NCBI GenBank assembly: GCA_902800305.1
Contig: CADCDP010000009.1
Coordinates: 61,734-125,733 of the forward strand
DNA: 64,000 nt
Origin: an uncultured Bacteroidales bacterium
GTDB lineage: Bacteria > Bacteroidota > Bacteroidia > Bacteroidales > Bacteroidaceae
Direction: 5' to 3'
Shown one piece after another: positions 49,430 through 58,890 of this stretch. The notes under the pieces were generated by a model. It was not told the origin of the DNA. It saw only the letters and a program-made list of their open reading frames with translations, and ran no database searches. How positions within the stretch are numbered: the stretch's first letter is position 1; each line of letters begins with the position of its first letter. Position numbers and translations under genes: made by a program.

Positions 49430-50623
49430 TCACCACATCTTCGTCAGTTCGGCATGGGGGTAGTAATGCGTAAGGATGGCTGTGTAAGGAATACCTTTCT
49501 CACCCATCACCGCAGCACCAATCTGGCACAGACCTACTCCATGCCCCCACCCTCTTCCGTGAAGCACGAAACCGTCGGCAGTCTTCTCCACTTCGAATGC
49601 GGAAGAATAAAGGTGGCTCTCACTAAGCCATTTCCTGATTTCCAGTTCCTTGCCAACTGTAACGGAACGTTTCTCTCCAACGATTCTCAGTCTTATCAGC
49701 CGACCGGATGCACCTCTTTCCACGGGCACAAGGTCGAAAATCCGTCCAAAGTCGATGCCAGACTTTCTCCGCACCAACTCGCTTAATTCTTCTGTCGTGT
49801 AACGCACCGTCCAACGATAGAAATCAACTGTTTCCTGATCGTAGCTGTTCAACACTTGACGGAGAATCCGCTGGTCGGTCGTATTGCAATAGGGGTCATG
49901 CTTTGCCACAAGATATGGGTGATGCACGGACTCCCAACAACTCTCAAAGAGTTCTGTCATGCCACCACAGCACTTGGAGAAACGCGCATCACAAATCTTT
50001 CCATCGTAAGTCAACACCTGTCCTCGGGTTGCCTCGATGGCTTTCTCCACATTCGGGTTCAACTGGCGTGTAATGCCTTGATACCGCTGGCAATGGTCGT
50101 CGGCACACACATCAAAACCCGTATGCGCCTCGCTGTCATACCAACGGAGAATGCTATCCACTCCCACCTGCTCATGGAATGAAGGCATACGCTCACCCTT
50201 CGTTCGCAACTCCGCTTTCTGCATCATCGCCAACAACCAACTGCGAGAAATCACGGCATGGGCTTTCAGCAATTCGAGCGACGCATTCGCACTCATCTCA
50301 CTACTAATGACACTGGCCAAATAGGCTTCGACAGGCAACACATTCACAGCTCTTATCAACCCGTCCTCCATCTGCAACTCCAAGGCACCCCGAAACGTCT
50401 GCTCCTCCTTCCGCTCCCAATGGAAACCAATACCAATGGTTACGTCCTTCAATGTGAAGGAAGCATCCTGGCGGTCGGGCAGAAACAGCCCCATCGCATC
50501 TGACAGAGAAAAAGTGCGTTCACCCACATATTCCTCTTTTCCCAACCTGTAAACAGAATGGAAAACCACCGTCAGCACAGAGCCTTTCACTATGCCCACT
50601 CTAACACGTCGTTCTTGCCCCAT
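49430..50623 (-). CDS. SpoIID/LytB-domain protein
   Basis: 397 aa. YLASVISSEM, CADDHCQRYQG and GRGWGHGVGLCQIGA are typical of SpoIID/LytB. Confidence 0.8.
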   Translation of the reverse strand: MGQERRVRVGIVKGSVLTVVFHSVYRLGKEEYVGERTFSLSDAMGLFLPDRQDASFTLKDVTIGIGFHWERKEEQTFRGALELQMEDGLIRAVNVLPVEAYLASVISSEMSANASLELLKAHAVISRSWLLAMMQKAELRTKGERMPSFHEQVGVDSILRWYDSEAHTGFDVCADDHCQRYQGITRQLNPNVEKAIEATRGQVLTYDGKICDARFSKCCGGMTELFESCWESVHHPYLVAKHDPYCNTTDQRILRQVLNSYDQETVDFYRWTVRYTTEELSELVRRKSGIDFGRIFDLVPVERGASGRLIRLRIVGEKRSVTVGKELEIRKWLSESHLYSSAFEVEKTADGFVLHGRGWGHGVGLCQIGAAVMGEKGIPYTAILTHYYPHAELTKMW

Positions 50624-50663
50624 ACGAGTCTCCTCAAAACATCATCTTAGGCACCAGCGTTAA

Positions 50664-53150
50664 TCACCCCTTGAATTTCAGTACGACAGCAAGCTCATCA
50701 TCGAGGGAGATGCCGCATTCTTGGATGATGTCCACAGCCTTCTCCTCATCCACCTTCCTGAAGTCTTCTTCACAAGGTGTAATGAGCATTCCAGCCATGT
50801 CAAGTGCACCAGGACTAACGAGCATTCTTTCTTTCCCCTTCTTGAAGTAGCAATCAGGACGATGCTTGGAACGAGGTATGATAATGCTCACAAATCTTGG
50901 AGAATGGTCAAGCAAACTGGGCTGAATCCATGCCAAAATGTTCATCATGGGTTCATAATGCCCTTCAGGAATAGGCAATGCCTCATAGACCTTATCGAAG
51001 AGCGACTTATTGGCACGAGGGGTACGAGTGATGATGACGATTCCCGGACACACATAATTGCGAAGACTGAACACACCAGTGTCTTCATCTGTTTCCTTCA
51101 TCGATATTGCTTCAAGCGTCTCTTCCTCCGTGATAGGCCATACACGCGAACGATTGAAAAAATAATGCTCCATCCAGTCACGCTCCAATGGCACGATGCC
51201 GCGACTTCCAGCCTGGAAGTGCATGTGGTCGGGCGCACTCGCACCACAATGTGGCCCATTGTAAAACACCAGCATATCACCAAGCTTGGCAACAATGTCC
51301 ATCATGTCTTCATAATAGTCTTTTATTTGCTGCTGGCGATGATGGCGCAATGGAATCGTGAAATGTCGAGGGAGAATAGGATTGGGATTCACCAAAAGCT
51401 GGTACTTCTTCAGCATCGGCTTAGACTTTTGTTCCTCTGGACGGTTGATTTCGCACAAGAAACACGGACGTCGGCGAATGGTTTCAGCATCCACCTTTGC
51501 TCCCGTGGAGTCGATGCGAGCAGGATTGAACTGCACCAAGAGGCGACAATTGTTCTTTTCCAGATTCTTTACCTGTACATCCTTCAACTGCTCATAACGC
51601 TTCCCTGCCAATGGCCACACCTTCTTCTGCGAGTCGAAGAACTGACTTATTGACTCTATCGTGGTACCCGTCTGCCAGAAATCATTCAGTTGGCGACGGT
51701 CAAGAATCTCCATCGTGCGAAGGCTATCTTTATAAATGTTGTTCCTATTCACTTGGTCTGGCGTCAAGTCGGCATCGCTGTTCCCTTCCCATCGACGGCA
51801 CAGATACAGCTGTTCGTAGATTCTGCCAACCTTATACTTTCGGCAGAAAGCCAAACCTACAGCATAATCCTCACCGTAGGAAGTATTGGGCATTCCTATC
51901 TTACGGAGCAATGGAGTAAAGAAAGCACGTGGAGCACCAAAGCCATTGACTCTAAGAACATTATTGTGTCCATTTGCATCCGTCCACTCACGATGGTCAA
52001 TCAAGCCTGGAGGGAGTGTTTCGAGTTGGAAATTACACATGCCGTAAGAACCCACCACCATGCCACAATGCTCTTTGTGGAATTTATCCACAATCTTTTG
52101 CAAGGTGTCCGTACCGCTGTAGAGGTCGTCACTATCAAGCTGCACGGCAAAGCGTCCGCATCGATGGTCGTTGAAAGCCAAACTCCAGCAACCGCCGATA
52201 TAAAGGTCTTTGCGGTTGGGAATGATGTGAACCACACGCGAATCGGTCTTAGCAATCTTCTCAATGACTTCCGTGGTGCCATCTGTAGAAAGGTTGTCCA
52301 CCACCAGCACATTGAACTCGAAAGTGGTTCGCTGCGACAAAGCACTCTTAATGGCATCAGCAATCGTCTTCACACGATTCTTCACAGGAATAATCACAGA
52401 GGCTTCCTTATCGAACTCCGCACGTTCCACCATCACATCCATGATGCTGTCGGGATCGATGTAGGCACCAATCTGTTTAAGATGCTTGGTACACACCTCT
52501 TCCTTCTCTATCTGCACCTCACGATTACGTGGGTCAACGTAGTCAAACTGCTTTTCCCCACTCTTCCTCAAATCAAGCTCTTCCTCCGTGTACAAATACT
52601 CACGCAAATGGAAGAGCGAAGCCGAACGCTTGCGTCGCAAGGCGAAAAGTTGCAGGTCGTAAAATCCCGAATAAAGATATTTGTCTGCTGTCCGATGGAT
52701 GTATTCCTGCAATGTCGATGCTGAGAGCAAGGTGATGGAACCAAAATCGAAGTCATCACGCACACATCCGTAATAGAAGTCCATCGTAGGATATTGCACC
52801 ATCTTCCCGTTCTTGATGGCACAATGGTCTGAATACACAATCGCTGGGGTAATGCTCTCAGCCACCATCAGGAGGCGTTGTATAGCCTTATACCCAAAGG
52901 TCACCGCCGACTTCGCCATGCAAATCAGCGCATACTGTGTTGTCAACGCCTTATGAATTTGCCGAAGCGTTTCCGTGCTTCGAATGTTATCCACCCGTAT
53001 CGTGCCACATCCCATAAACGGGCTTGACTTTTCGTCGGGCATCAATACATATATATTATTTACCAGTGGTTCCTCTTTCAGCTGTTTCAACGTCACCAGT
53101 GTGGCCTCTGCACCAGCATACACCACGAAACAGTCCAAGCCTTTTTCCAT
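50664..53150 (-). CDS. Fusion protein: family-2 glycosyltransferase domain + C-terminal DUF4922-like (HIT/GalT-like nucleotidyl-transferase/phosphorylase) domain
   Basis: 828 aa. GT-A block [24 protein letters not shown]...[10 protein letters not shown]...LDSDD. The C-terminal part has [13 protein letters not shown] (an HxHxQ-type motif). Confidence 0.7.
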   Translation of the reverse strand: MEKGLDCFVVYAGAEATLVTLKQLKEEPLVNNIYVLMPDEKSSPFMGCGTIRVDNIRSTETLRQIHKALTTQYALICMAKSAVTFGYKAIQRLLMVAESITPAIVYSDHCAIKNGKMVQYPTMDFYYGCVRDDFDFGSITLLSASTLQEYIHRTADKYLYSGFYDLQLFALRRKRSASLFHLREYLYTEEELDLRKSGEKQFDYVDPRNREVQIEKEEVCTKHLKQIGAYIDPDSIMDVMVERAEFDKEASVIIPVKNRVKTIADAIKSALSQRTTFEFNVLVVDNLSTDGTTEVIEKIAKTDSRVVHIIPNRKDLYIGGCWSLAFNDHRCGRFAVQLDSDDLYSGTDTLQKIVDKFHKEHCGMVVGSYGMCNFQLETLPPGLIDHREWTDANGHNNVLRVNGFGAPRAFFTPLLRKIGMPNTSYGEDYAVGLAFCRKYKVGRIYEQLYLCRRWEGNSDADLTPDQVNRNNIYKDSLRTMEILDRRQLNDFWQTGTTIESISQFFDSQKKVWPLAGKRYEQLKDVQVKNLEKNNCRLLVQFNPARIDSTGAKVDAETIRRRPCFLCEINRPEEQKSKPMLKKYQLLVNPNPILPRHFTIPLRHHRQQQIKDYYEDMMDIVAKLGDMLVFYNGPHCGASAPDHMHFQAGSRGIVPLERDWMEHYFFNRSRVWPITEEETLEAISMKETDEDTGVFSLRNYVCPGIVIITRTPRANKSLFDKVYEALPIPEGHYEPMMNILAWIQPSLLDHSPRFVSIIIPRSKHRPDCYFKKGKERMLVSPGALDMAGMLITPCEEDFRKVDEEKAVDIIQECGISLDDELAVVLKFKG

Positions 53151-53337
53151 ACCCTTTACTTATTTTTAAGTGTTGAATTTTGCAAATGTACACAAAATTA
53201 TTGATTGATACGCCTGTTGCCATCAAAAAATGAAAGGATTGGAACAAATTATTGATATTTGGGGGTATTTTTTGTGTTTCCAAGCCGACAATAGAAGTTT
53301 TTTTATCGTAAGTAACTTCTCAATCAATATTTTTATG

Positions 53338-53345
53338 TACTTTTG
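53338..53345 (+). promoter_or_regulatory. -7 box TACTTTTG for the yhhQ-queF operon
   Basis: It lies inside the over-long track ORF 53230..54162. It places the TSS about 10-15 nt before the putative riboswitch. Confidence 0.5.
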
Positions 53346-53361
53346 CAGCCGAATTCAAAAT

Positions 53362-53424
53362 CCGAGTGCTGGAACACCTCGTCAAAAAACCAGCGAGTGC
53401 TTGATAAACCTCGTAAAAAACAAG
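53362..53424 (+). promoter_or_regulatory. Two tandem preQ1-I-like riboswitch aptamers (H-type pseudoknots)
   Basis: - Aptamer 1: P1 is CGAG (53363-66) / CUCG (53378-81). The loop is UGCUGGAACAC and the tail is UCAAAAAACCAGC. The loop GCUGG pairs with the tail CCAGC.
- Aptamer 2: P1 is CGAG (53394-97) / CUCG (53410-13). The loop is UGCUUGAUAAAC and the tail is UAAAAAACAAG. The loop CUUG pairs with the tail CAAG. It ends 7 nt before the ATG. Confidence 0.6.
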
Positions 53425-53430
53425 AACAAT

Positions 53431-54162
53431 ATGAATAAAGCAAACAAGCAAGTGAGCGTTTCCTTCATGCTGACAGGAATCGTCTTCTGCATCTGCCTCG
53501 TGGCATCCAATCTTCTTGAAACCAAAGTATTCCGTGCATGGGGTTCCATCACACTGACATGTGGTTTCTTAGTCTTCCCCATTTCCTACATACTCAATGA
53601 TGTCATCGCTGAAGTGTGGGGTTACCGAAAAGCTCGACTCATCATCTGGATGGGATTCCTGATGAACTTCTTCGTCGTGGCATTAGGCGGCATAGCCTGC
53701 GCCCTGCCTCCAGCAGTTGAGGGCAGCGATGAAGCCTTCAAGCAAGTATTCGCCTTTGCGCCCCAAGTGGCAGTAGCCAGTTTGCTTGCATTCATCGTCG
53801 GTTCGCTCCTCAACGCAATGGTAATGAGTAAGATGAAGATGGCAGACCGTAACAAGGGACACTTCTCCTACTACTTCTCCCTCCGCGCTATCTTCTCCAC
53901 CATCGTGGGTGAAAGTGCTGATTCCATCATCTTCTTTCCCCTCGCATTTTATATTTTTCCATTCATCTTCACAGGTGCACCCATGCTGACGTTCGACATC
54001 GTAGTGGAACTCATGCTCACGCAAGTGATAGCCAAGACGCTCTACGAAATCATCGTCTTGCCCATCACCATCCAAGTGGTCAAATTCGTCAAACGAGCCG
54101 ACGGCACCGATGCCTACGACGAGCACATCAGCTACAGCGCATTCAAAATCAAAGAAATCTAA
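53431..54162 (+). CDS. yhhQ: Queuosine-precursor transporter (YhhQ/DUF165, VUT family)
   Basis: Start moved to MNKANKQVSVSF (53431), downstream of the promoter and leader. About 6 TMs. Carries FPISYILNDVIAEVWGYRKAR and STIVGESADSIIFFPLAF blocks typical of DUF165. Confidence 0.8.
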   Translation: MNKANKQVSVSFMLTGIVFCICLVASNLLETKVFRAWGSITLTCGFLVFPISYILNDVIAEVWGYRKARLIIWMGFLMNFFVVALGGIACALPPAVEGSDEAFKQVFAFAPQVAVASLLAFIVGSLLNAMVMSKMKMADRNKGHFSYYFSLRAIFSTIVGESADSIIFFPLAFYIFPFIFTGAPMLTFDIVVELMLTQVIAKTLYEIIVLPITIQVVKFVKRADGTDAYDEHISYSAFKIKEI

Positions 54163-54165
54163 CGC

Positions 54166-54630
54166 ATGACCAATCAACGAGAAAACGAAGGGCTTTCAGC
54201 ACTCGGCAAGAAAACCCTCTATCGTCAAGACTACGCTCCCGAAGTGCTGGAAACCTTCCAGAACAAGCACCCCGAGAACGACTACTGGGTACAGTTTAAC
54301 TGCCCCGAATTTACCTCCCTCTGCCCCATTACGGGACAGCCAGACTTTGCCGAAATCCGCATCTCCTACCTGCCCGACCAGCGCATGGTGGAGAGCAAGT
54401 CGCTGAAGCTCTACCTCTTCTCCTTCCGCAACCACGGCGACTTCCACGAAGACTGTGTGAACATCATTATGAAAGACCTCATCCGACTGATGAATCCTAA
54501 ATATATCGAAGTCACTGGCATCTTCACCCCACGCGGCGGCATCAGCATCTACCCCTACGCCAACTATGGCCGCCCTGGAACGAAGTACGAAGAGATGGCT
54601 ACGTATCGGATGATGAACCACGGTATGTGA
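54166..54630 (+). CDS. queF: NADPH-dependent 7-cyano-7-deazaguanine (preQ0) reductase
   Basis: 154 aa. [14 protein letters not shown] (catalytic Cys) and [16 protein letters not shown] (QueF motif). Confidence 0.95.
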   Translation: MTNQRENEGLSALGKKTLYRQDYAPEVLETFQNKHPENDYWVQFNCPEFTSLCPITGQPDFAEIRISYLPDQRMVESKSLKLYLFSFRNHGDFHEDCVNIIMKDLIRLMNPKYIEVTGIFTPRGGISIYPYANYGRPGTKYEEMATYRMMNHGM

Positions 54631-54723
54631 TTCACACCCCACAACAAAAAAGCGGAGCCGCACTCCATCATGGAATGCGGCTCCGCTTTTTTGTTGTTAA
54701 TGCTTTTTTCAACCACCTTATGA

Positions 54724-56229
54724 TTACATCAAACGAAGTGTGAAGTAACCCAACAGCATACCGACGATACCGATGACGATACCCACCTTCAGCATCTCGT
54801 TCTGCTTCACCAAACCCGTCGAGTGGGCAATAGCGTTAGGTGGTGTACTGATGGGCAGACACATCGAAACGGAAGCCGTGATTGCGATGGCGATGAGCAT
54901 GGTGGTCACGCCGCCGATGCTTTCAAGACGGTCGCCCATACCCTTGCACACCACAGCGAGCACAGGCACAAGAAGTGCAGTCGTGGCGGTGTTGCTGATG
55001 AAGTTCGACATGGCATAGCATACCAGCATGGCGATGATGAGGATGACGAGTGGTGACCACTGGTCGAATGGGATGCTCTTGATGGCATTCTCTGCCAAAC
55101 CTGACTCGTTGAGGGCGACACCAAGGGCAAAACCTCCTGCCACCATCCAGAGCACACTCCAGTTTACACCCTGAAGGTCTTTAGCGGTGATGACACCCGT
55201 AGCGGCAAACACCGCAATAGGAATCATGGCCACGGTGTTGGCGTTCACACCCGTCACTTTGTCGAAGAGCCAGAAGAGTATCGTGACAATAAACGTGATG
55301 ATGACCACCGTAGTGCGCCAGTTGTGCTGGATGTTGCCCTCGATGTTCAGTTCAATCGTCTTCTGCTTGAAGGGGAAGAGCTTCAACAACAGCCACCAAC
55401 CGAAAAGGAGCAGGATGAAGGTCATGGGCACCATGTACATCATCCACTCGCCGAAGCCGATGTTAAGGTTCATGCCCTCGGGGTCGTTCAGATACTTCAG
55501 CGCAATCATGTTGGGGGGTGTACCGATAGGCGTACCGATACCACCGATATTGGCACCCAATGGGATGGCCATCGTCAAGGCGATACGTCCCTTACCATCG
55601 GCAGGAAGAGCCTTGAACACAGGTGCCAGAAACGTGAGCATCATGGCTGCCGTAGCAGTGTTGCTGATGAACATGGAGAAAAGACCCGTGATGAGGATGA
55701 AGCCCAAAAGCACCACCTCACTCCGCTTGCCGAAGGGCTTAAGCAGATAGCGTGCCATCACCACATCGAGTCCACTCTTTGTGGTGGCAATGGCCAAGAC
55801 GAAGCCACCCAAGAACAGGATGATGATGGGGTCAGCAAACGTTGCCATCAACACCTTGTAGCTGAGCAATTCCGATTTCTCCAAACCTGAGGAATAGAAA
55901 CTCAGGGCACTGTCCGACGTGGCGAACAGCAACATGCAGATGAGGCACACCGACGTGGCCCATGCAGGAATGGCTTCTGTGAGCCACATAAGCGTGGCAA
56001 ACACGAAAATGGAAATAATACGTTGCTGCACCACCGTCAGCCCCTCAATGCCGAAACTGTCGGTAGGTAAACATGCCACCACTACTGTGGCGATGACCGA
56101 AATGAGCGATGCCAAAAACTGTTTATTATTAAACCTGCTCGACATCTTGTTGGCGAACTTTCCGCCTCTCTGAGGTTCCAACCTGTTGAACAAATGAAGG
56201 TGGAACAATTTGTTGTTGAATACAGACAT
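54724..56229 (-). CDS. SLC13/DASS-family anion:sodium symporter
   Basis: Multi-TM with two NTATAAM/NTATTAL-type hairpin motifs (FISNTATAAMM and FISNTATTALL). The track start at 56247 is TTG; the first ATG is 56229. Confidence 0.8.
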   Translation of the reverse strand: MSVFNNKLFHLHLFNRLEPQRGGKFANKMSSRFNNKQFLASLISVIATVVVACLPTDSFGIEGLTVVQQRIISIFVFATLMWLTEAIPAWATSVCLICMLLFATSDSALSFYSSGLEKSELLSYKVLMATFADPIIILFLGGFVLAIATTKSGLDVVMARYLLKPFGKRSEVVLLGFILITGLFSMFISNTATAAMMLTFLAPVFKALPADGKGRIALTMAIPLGANIGGIGTPIGTPPNMIALKYLNDPEGMNLNIGFGEWMMYMVPMTFILLLFGWWLLLKLFPFKQKTIELNIEGNIQHNWRTTVVIITFIVTILFWLFDKVTGVNANTVAMIPIAVFAATGVITAKDLQGVNWSVLWMVAGGFALGVALNESGLAENAIKSIPFDQWSPLVILIIAMLVCYAMSNFISNTATTALLVPVLAVVCKGMGDRLESIGGVTTMLIAIAITASVSMCLPISTPPNAIAHSTGLVKQNEMLKVGIVIGIVGMLLGYFTLRLM

Positions 56230-56300
56230 ATAGTTATAATTTATCAAAAATTGTCGTATTAGCGAACACCAATATTACCCCTGCAACAGCAAAAGCGGTA

Positions 56301-56319
56301 CAAAGTTAGGGATTTTAAT
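56301..56319 (-). promoter_or_regulatory. Promoter core containing TAACTTTG (minus strand) for the SLC13 gene. It is the exact inverted copy of the phoH promoter core.
   Basis: caaagttagggattttaat is the reverse complement of 56445-56463. Confidence 0.5.
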
Positions 56320-56444
56320 TCATACAACCTCATTCAATCGTTCATAATTTACCGTATAACCTATTCTCAGCACGAAAAAACACCCCGAATAACTAATTAT
56401 GAATGACGAAAGAAGAATTATGAATGAAAAAACAAGAATTACGC

Positions 56445-56463
56445 ATTAAAATCCCTAACTTTG
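56445..56463 (+). promoter_or_regulatory. Promoter core attaaaatccctaactttg (TAACTTTG) for phoH
   Basis: It ends 5 nt before the ATG at 56468. phoH may therefore be near-leaderless or start at Met5 (56480). Confidence 0.5.
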
Positions 56464-56467
56464 CAGC

Positions 56468-57439
56468 ATGATTGAGAAAATGATAGTTCTGGAGGACATT
56501 GACCTCGTGACATTCTACGGAGTGCAGAATGTCCACTTGCAAATGATTAAGGCTCTCTATCCGAAATTGAGGATTGTAGCTCGTGGCAACATCATCAAAG
56601 TGATGGGCGATGAAGAAGAGATGTGCGCCTTCGAGGAGAACATCCAGAAGATGCAGGAACATTGCGCCAAGTATAATTCGCTGAACGAAGAGACCATTCT
56701 ACAGATTGTGAAAGGAGAAGTGCCCAACGGTCATGCCTCCGATGGAAATGCCATCTGCTACAGCGTGACAGGCAAGGCGATTGCTCCACGTTCGGAGAAT
56801 CAGAAGACGCTGGTGGATGCCTATTACGAAAACGACATGCTGTTTGCCACCGGTCCTGCTGGTTCGGGCAAGACATACGTCTCGATAGCCTTAGCTGTGA
56901 GAGCCTTGAAGAATAAAGAAATACGGAAAATCATCTTGTGCCGTCCTGCGGTGGAGGCAGGTGAGAAATTAGGATTCCTGCCTGGCGACATGCGAGAGAA
57001 GATAGACCCCTACCTGCAACCGCTCTATGATGCCTTGCAGGACATGATTCCTGCACAGAAGCTAACGGAGTACATGGAGCAGAACGTCATCCAGATTGCC
57101 CCCTTAGCTTTCATGCGTGGACGAACCCTCAACGATGCCGTGGTCATCCTCGACGAGGCACAGAACACGACGACCCAACAAATCAAGATGTTCCTCACAC
57201 GCATGGGACAGAACACCAAAATGATTATCACGGGCGACCTGACGCAGATTGACCTACCCCGCAACGTGAAGAGCGGATTAAAAGAGGCAAAAGAAGTGCT
57301 GAAAGACGTAAAAGGCATCGCATTCGTAGAGATGGACGAACGCGACATTGTGCGCCACAAATTAGTGACAAGAATCGTCAATGCCTATCACAAATACGAA
57401 GGCGAAAAGAAATATCCGCTATTCAATGACATGAAATGA
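56468..57439 (+). CDS. phoH: PhoH-family ATPase
   Basis: 323 aa. Walker A GPAGSGKTY, Walker B VILDEAQN, and ITGDLTQIDLP. Confidence 0.9.
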   Translation: MIEKMIVLEDIDLVTFYGVQNVHLQMIKALYPKLRIVARGNIIKVMGDEEEMCAFEENIQKMQEHCAKYNSLNEETILQIVKGEVPNGHASDGNAICYSVTGKAIAPRSENQKTLVDAYYENDMLFATGPAGSGKTYVSIALAVRALKNKEIRKIILCRPAVEAGEKLGFLPGDMREKIDPYLQPLYDALQDMIPAQKLTEYMEQNVIQIAPLAFMRGRTLNDAVVILDEAQNTTTQQIKMFLTRMGQNTKMIITGDLTQIDLPRNVKSGLKEAKEVLKDVKGIAFVEMDERDIVRHKLVTRIVNAYHKYEGEKKYPLFNDMK

Positions 57440-57505
57440 GGATCGCCAGTCCTCGCACCAGTCCTACAGAATGAGTACTCCAGTACTTGCTCGTTAGGAC
57501 TCAAG

Positions 57506-57559
57506 TCATCCTTCGGCAGGATTGCAGTCCTACCGAAGGATGACTGCAATCCTGCCGAA
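57506..57559. repeat. Perfect 16-bp stem (57512-57527 / 57544-57559) with a competing 11-bp stem (57506-57516 / 57533-57543)
   Basis: ttcggcaggattgcag ... ctgcaatcctgccgaa is the main stem. The alternative is tcatccttcgg ... ccgaaggatga. The two helices share 57512-57516. Confidence 0.8.
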
Positions 57560-57656
57560 CAACGACTACGGTGTTACCGAAAGAATACTAAAGTATTCAC
57601 AAATAAGTATTTAAGTACACACCCTCATCCCGTCCAGTTGATACGGAACCCTTGTA

Positions 57657-57750
57657 GGGAAAGTACAATAGGGAAGTATAGGAAATGTACATGGGAGAGG
57701 TCGGGAATGTACAATTGGGAGAAGTCGGGGATGAACAAAAGGGGGATGTG
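57657..57750. repeat. Four imperfect tandem repeats of about 23 bp, each with a core GGGAAWGTACA
   Basis: gggaaagtacaat (57657), ggaaatgtacatg (57681), gggaatgtacaat (57703), ggggatgaacaaa (57727). Confidence 0.7.
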
Positions 57751-57861
57751 GCTCTTGGGATGAGACACAAGAGAAACGAAATTCAGTACTATTTGCCGAT
57801 AATTTGTTCCGATAATTAGAAGTTTTTGATGGGGGGAGACTGATAAGTCAATATTTTTATG

Positions 57862-57869
57862 TAGCTTTG
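57862..57869 (+). promoter_or_regulatory. -7 box TAGCTTTG for purC
   Basis: About 74 nt upstream of the ATG at 57943. The upstream context caatatttttatgta is shared with the yhhQ promoter. Confidence 0.45.
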
Positions 57870-57942
57870 CACCAAGATTGAGGCGATTTTATAAAGTTTA
57901 ATGTTAAGAGTTTAAAGTTTAAAGAAAATAGTAAATAATAAG

Positions 57943-58890
57943 ATGAAAGCTTTAACAAGAACAGATTTTAACTTCCCCGGTCAGAAGGAAGTGTATCACG
58001 GCAAAGTTCGTGACGTGTATAACATCAACGACGACCTGATGGTGATGGTCGCCACCGACCGCATTTCGGCGTTCGACGTGGTGCTGCCCAAGGGCATCCC
58101 TTTCAAGGGACAGGTGCTCAACCAAATTGCAGCAAAGTTTCTCGATGCCTCTGCCGACATCGTGCCGAACTGGAAATTGGCCACGCCTGACCCCATGGTG
58201 ACGGTAGGTTTGAAATGTGAGGGTTTCCGTGTGGAGATGATTATCCGTGGCTACCTCACTGGCTCCGCATGGCGTGAGTACAAGGCTGGCAATCGCACCC
58301 TCTGTGGCATCACGCTCCCCGAAGGCATGAAGGAGAACCAGAAGTTCCCGAAGCCCATCATCACACCGACCACCAAGGCTGACGAGGGTCACGACGAGAA
58401 CATCTCGAAAGAGGAAATCATTGCTCAGGGTCTTGTCAGCAAGGAGGACTACGAGGTGATGGAGAAATATACCTACGCCCTCTTCGAATTGGGCACGAAG
58501 ATGGCAGCCGAGAAGGGCCTCATCTTGGTCGATACAAAGTATGAGTTTGGCAAGCGTGATGGTAAAGTGTATCTGATTGACGAGGTACACACGCCCGACT
58601 CCAGCCGTTACTTCTATGCCGACGGCTACGAGGAGAAGTTTGCGAAGGGAGAGCCTCAGAAGCAGCTCTCCAAGGAGTTTGTGCGCCAGTGGCTTATCGA
58701 CCACAACTTCATGAACCAGCCAGGACAAGTGATGCCCGAGATTACCGATGAATATGCAGAGTCTGTGAGCGACCGCTACATTGAACTCTACGAGCACATC
58801 ATCGGCGAGAAGTTCGTGAAGGAGACGAGCGACGAGGACATCGCTAAGCGTATCGAGAAGAATGTGAATGCTTACTTAGCAAACAAATAA
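57943..58890 (+). CDS. purC: Phosphoribosylaminoimidazole-succinocarboxamide (SAICAR) synthase
   Basis: 315 aa. [18 protein letters not shown] and LVDTKYEFG motifs. Confidence 0.95.
   Translation: MKALTRTDFNFPGQKEVYHGKVRDVYNINDDLMVMVATDRISAFDVVLPKGIPFKGQVLNQIAAKFLDASADIVPNWKLATPDPMVTVGLKCEGFRVEMIIRGYLTGSAWREYKAGNRTLCGITLPEGMKENQKFPKPIITPTTKADEGHDENISKEEIIAQGLVSKEDYEVMEKYTYALFELGTKMAAEKGLILVDTKYEFGKRDGKVYLIDEVHTPDSSRYFYADGYEEKFAKGEPQKQLSKEFVRQWLIDHNFMNQPGQVMPEITDEYAESVSDRYIELYEHIIGEKFVKETSDEDIAKRIEKNVNAYLANK

Noticed and set aside
53230-53430. N-terminal 67 codons of track ORF 53230..54162
   Set aside because: This stretch contains the TACTTTTG promoter box and the two riboswitch-like pseudoknots. 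The DUF165 homology starts at Met 53431.
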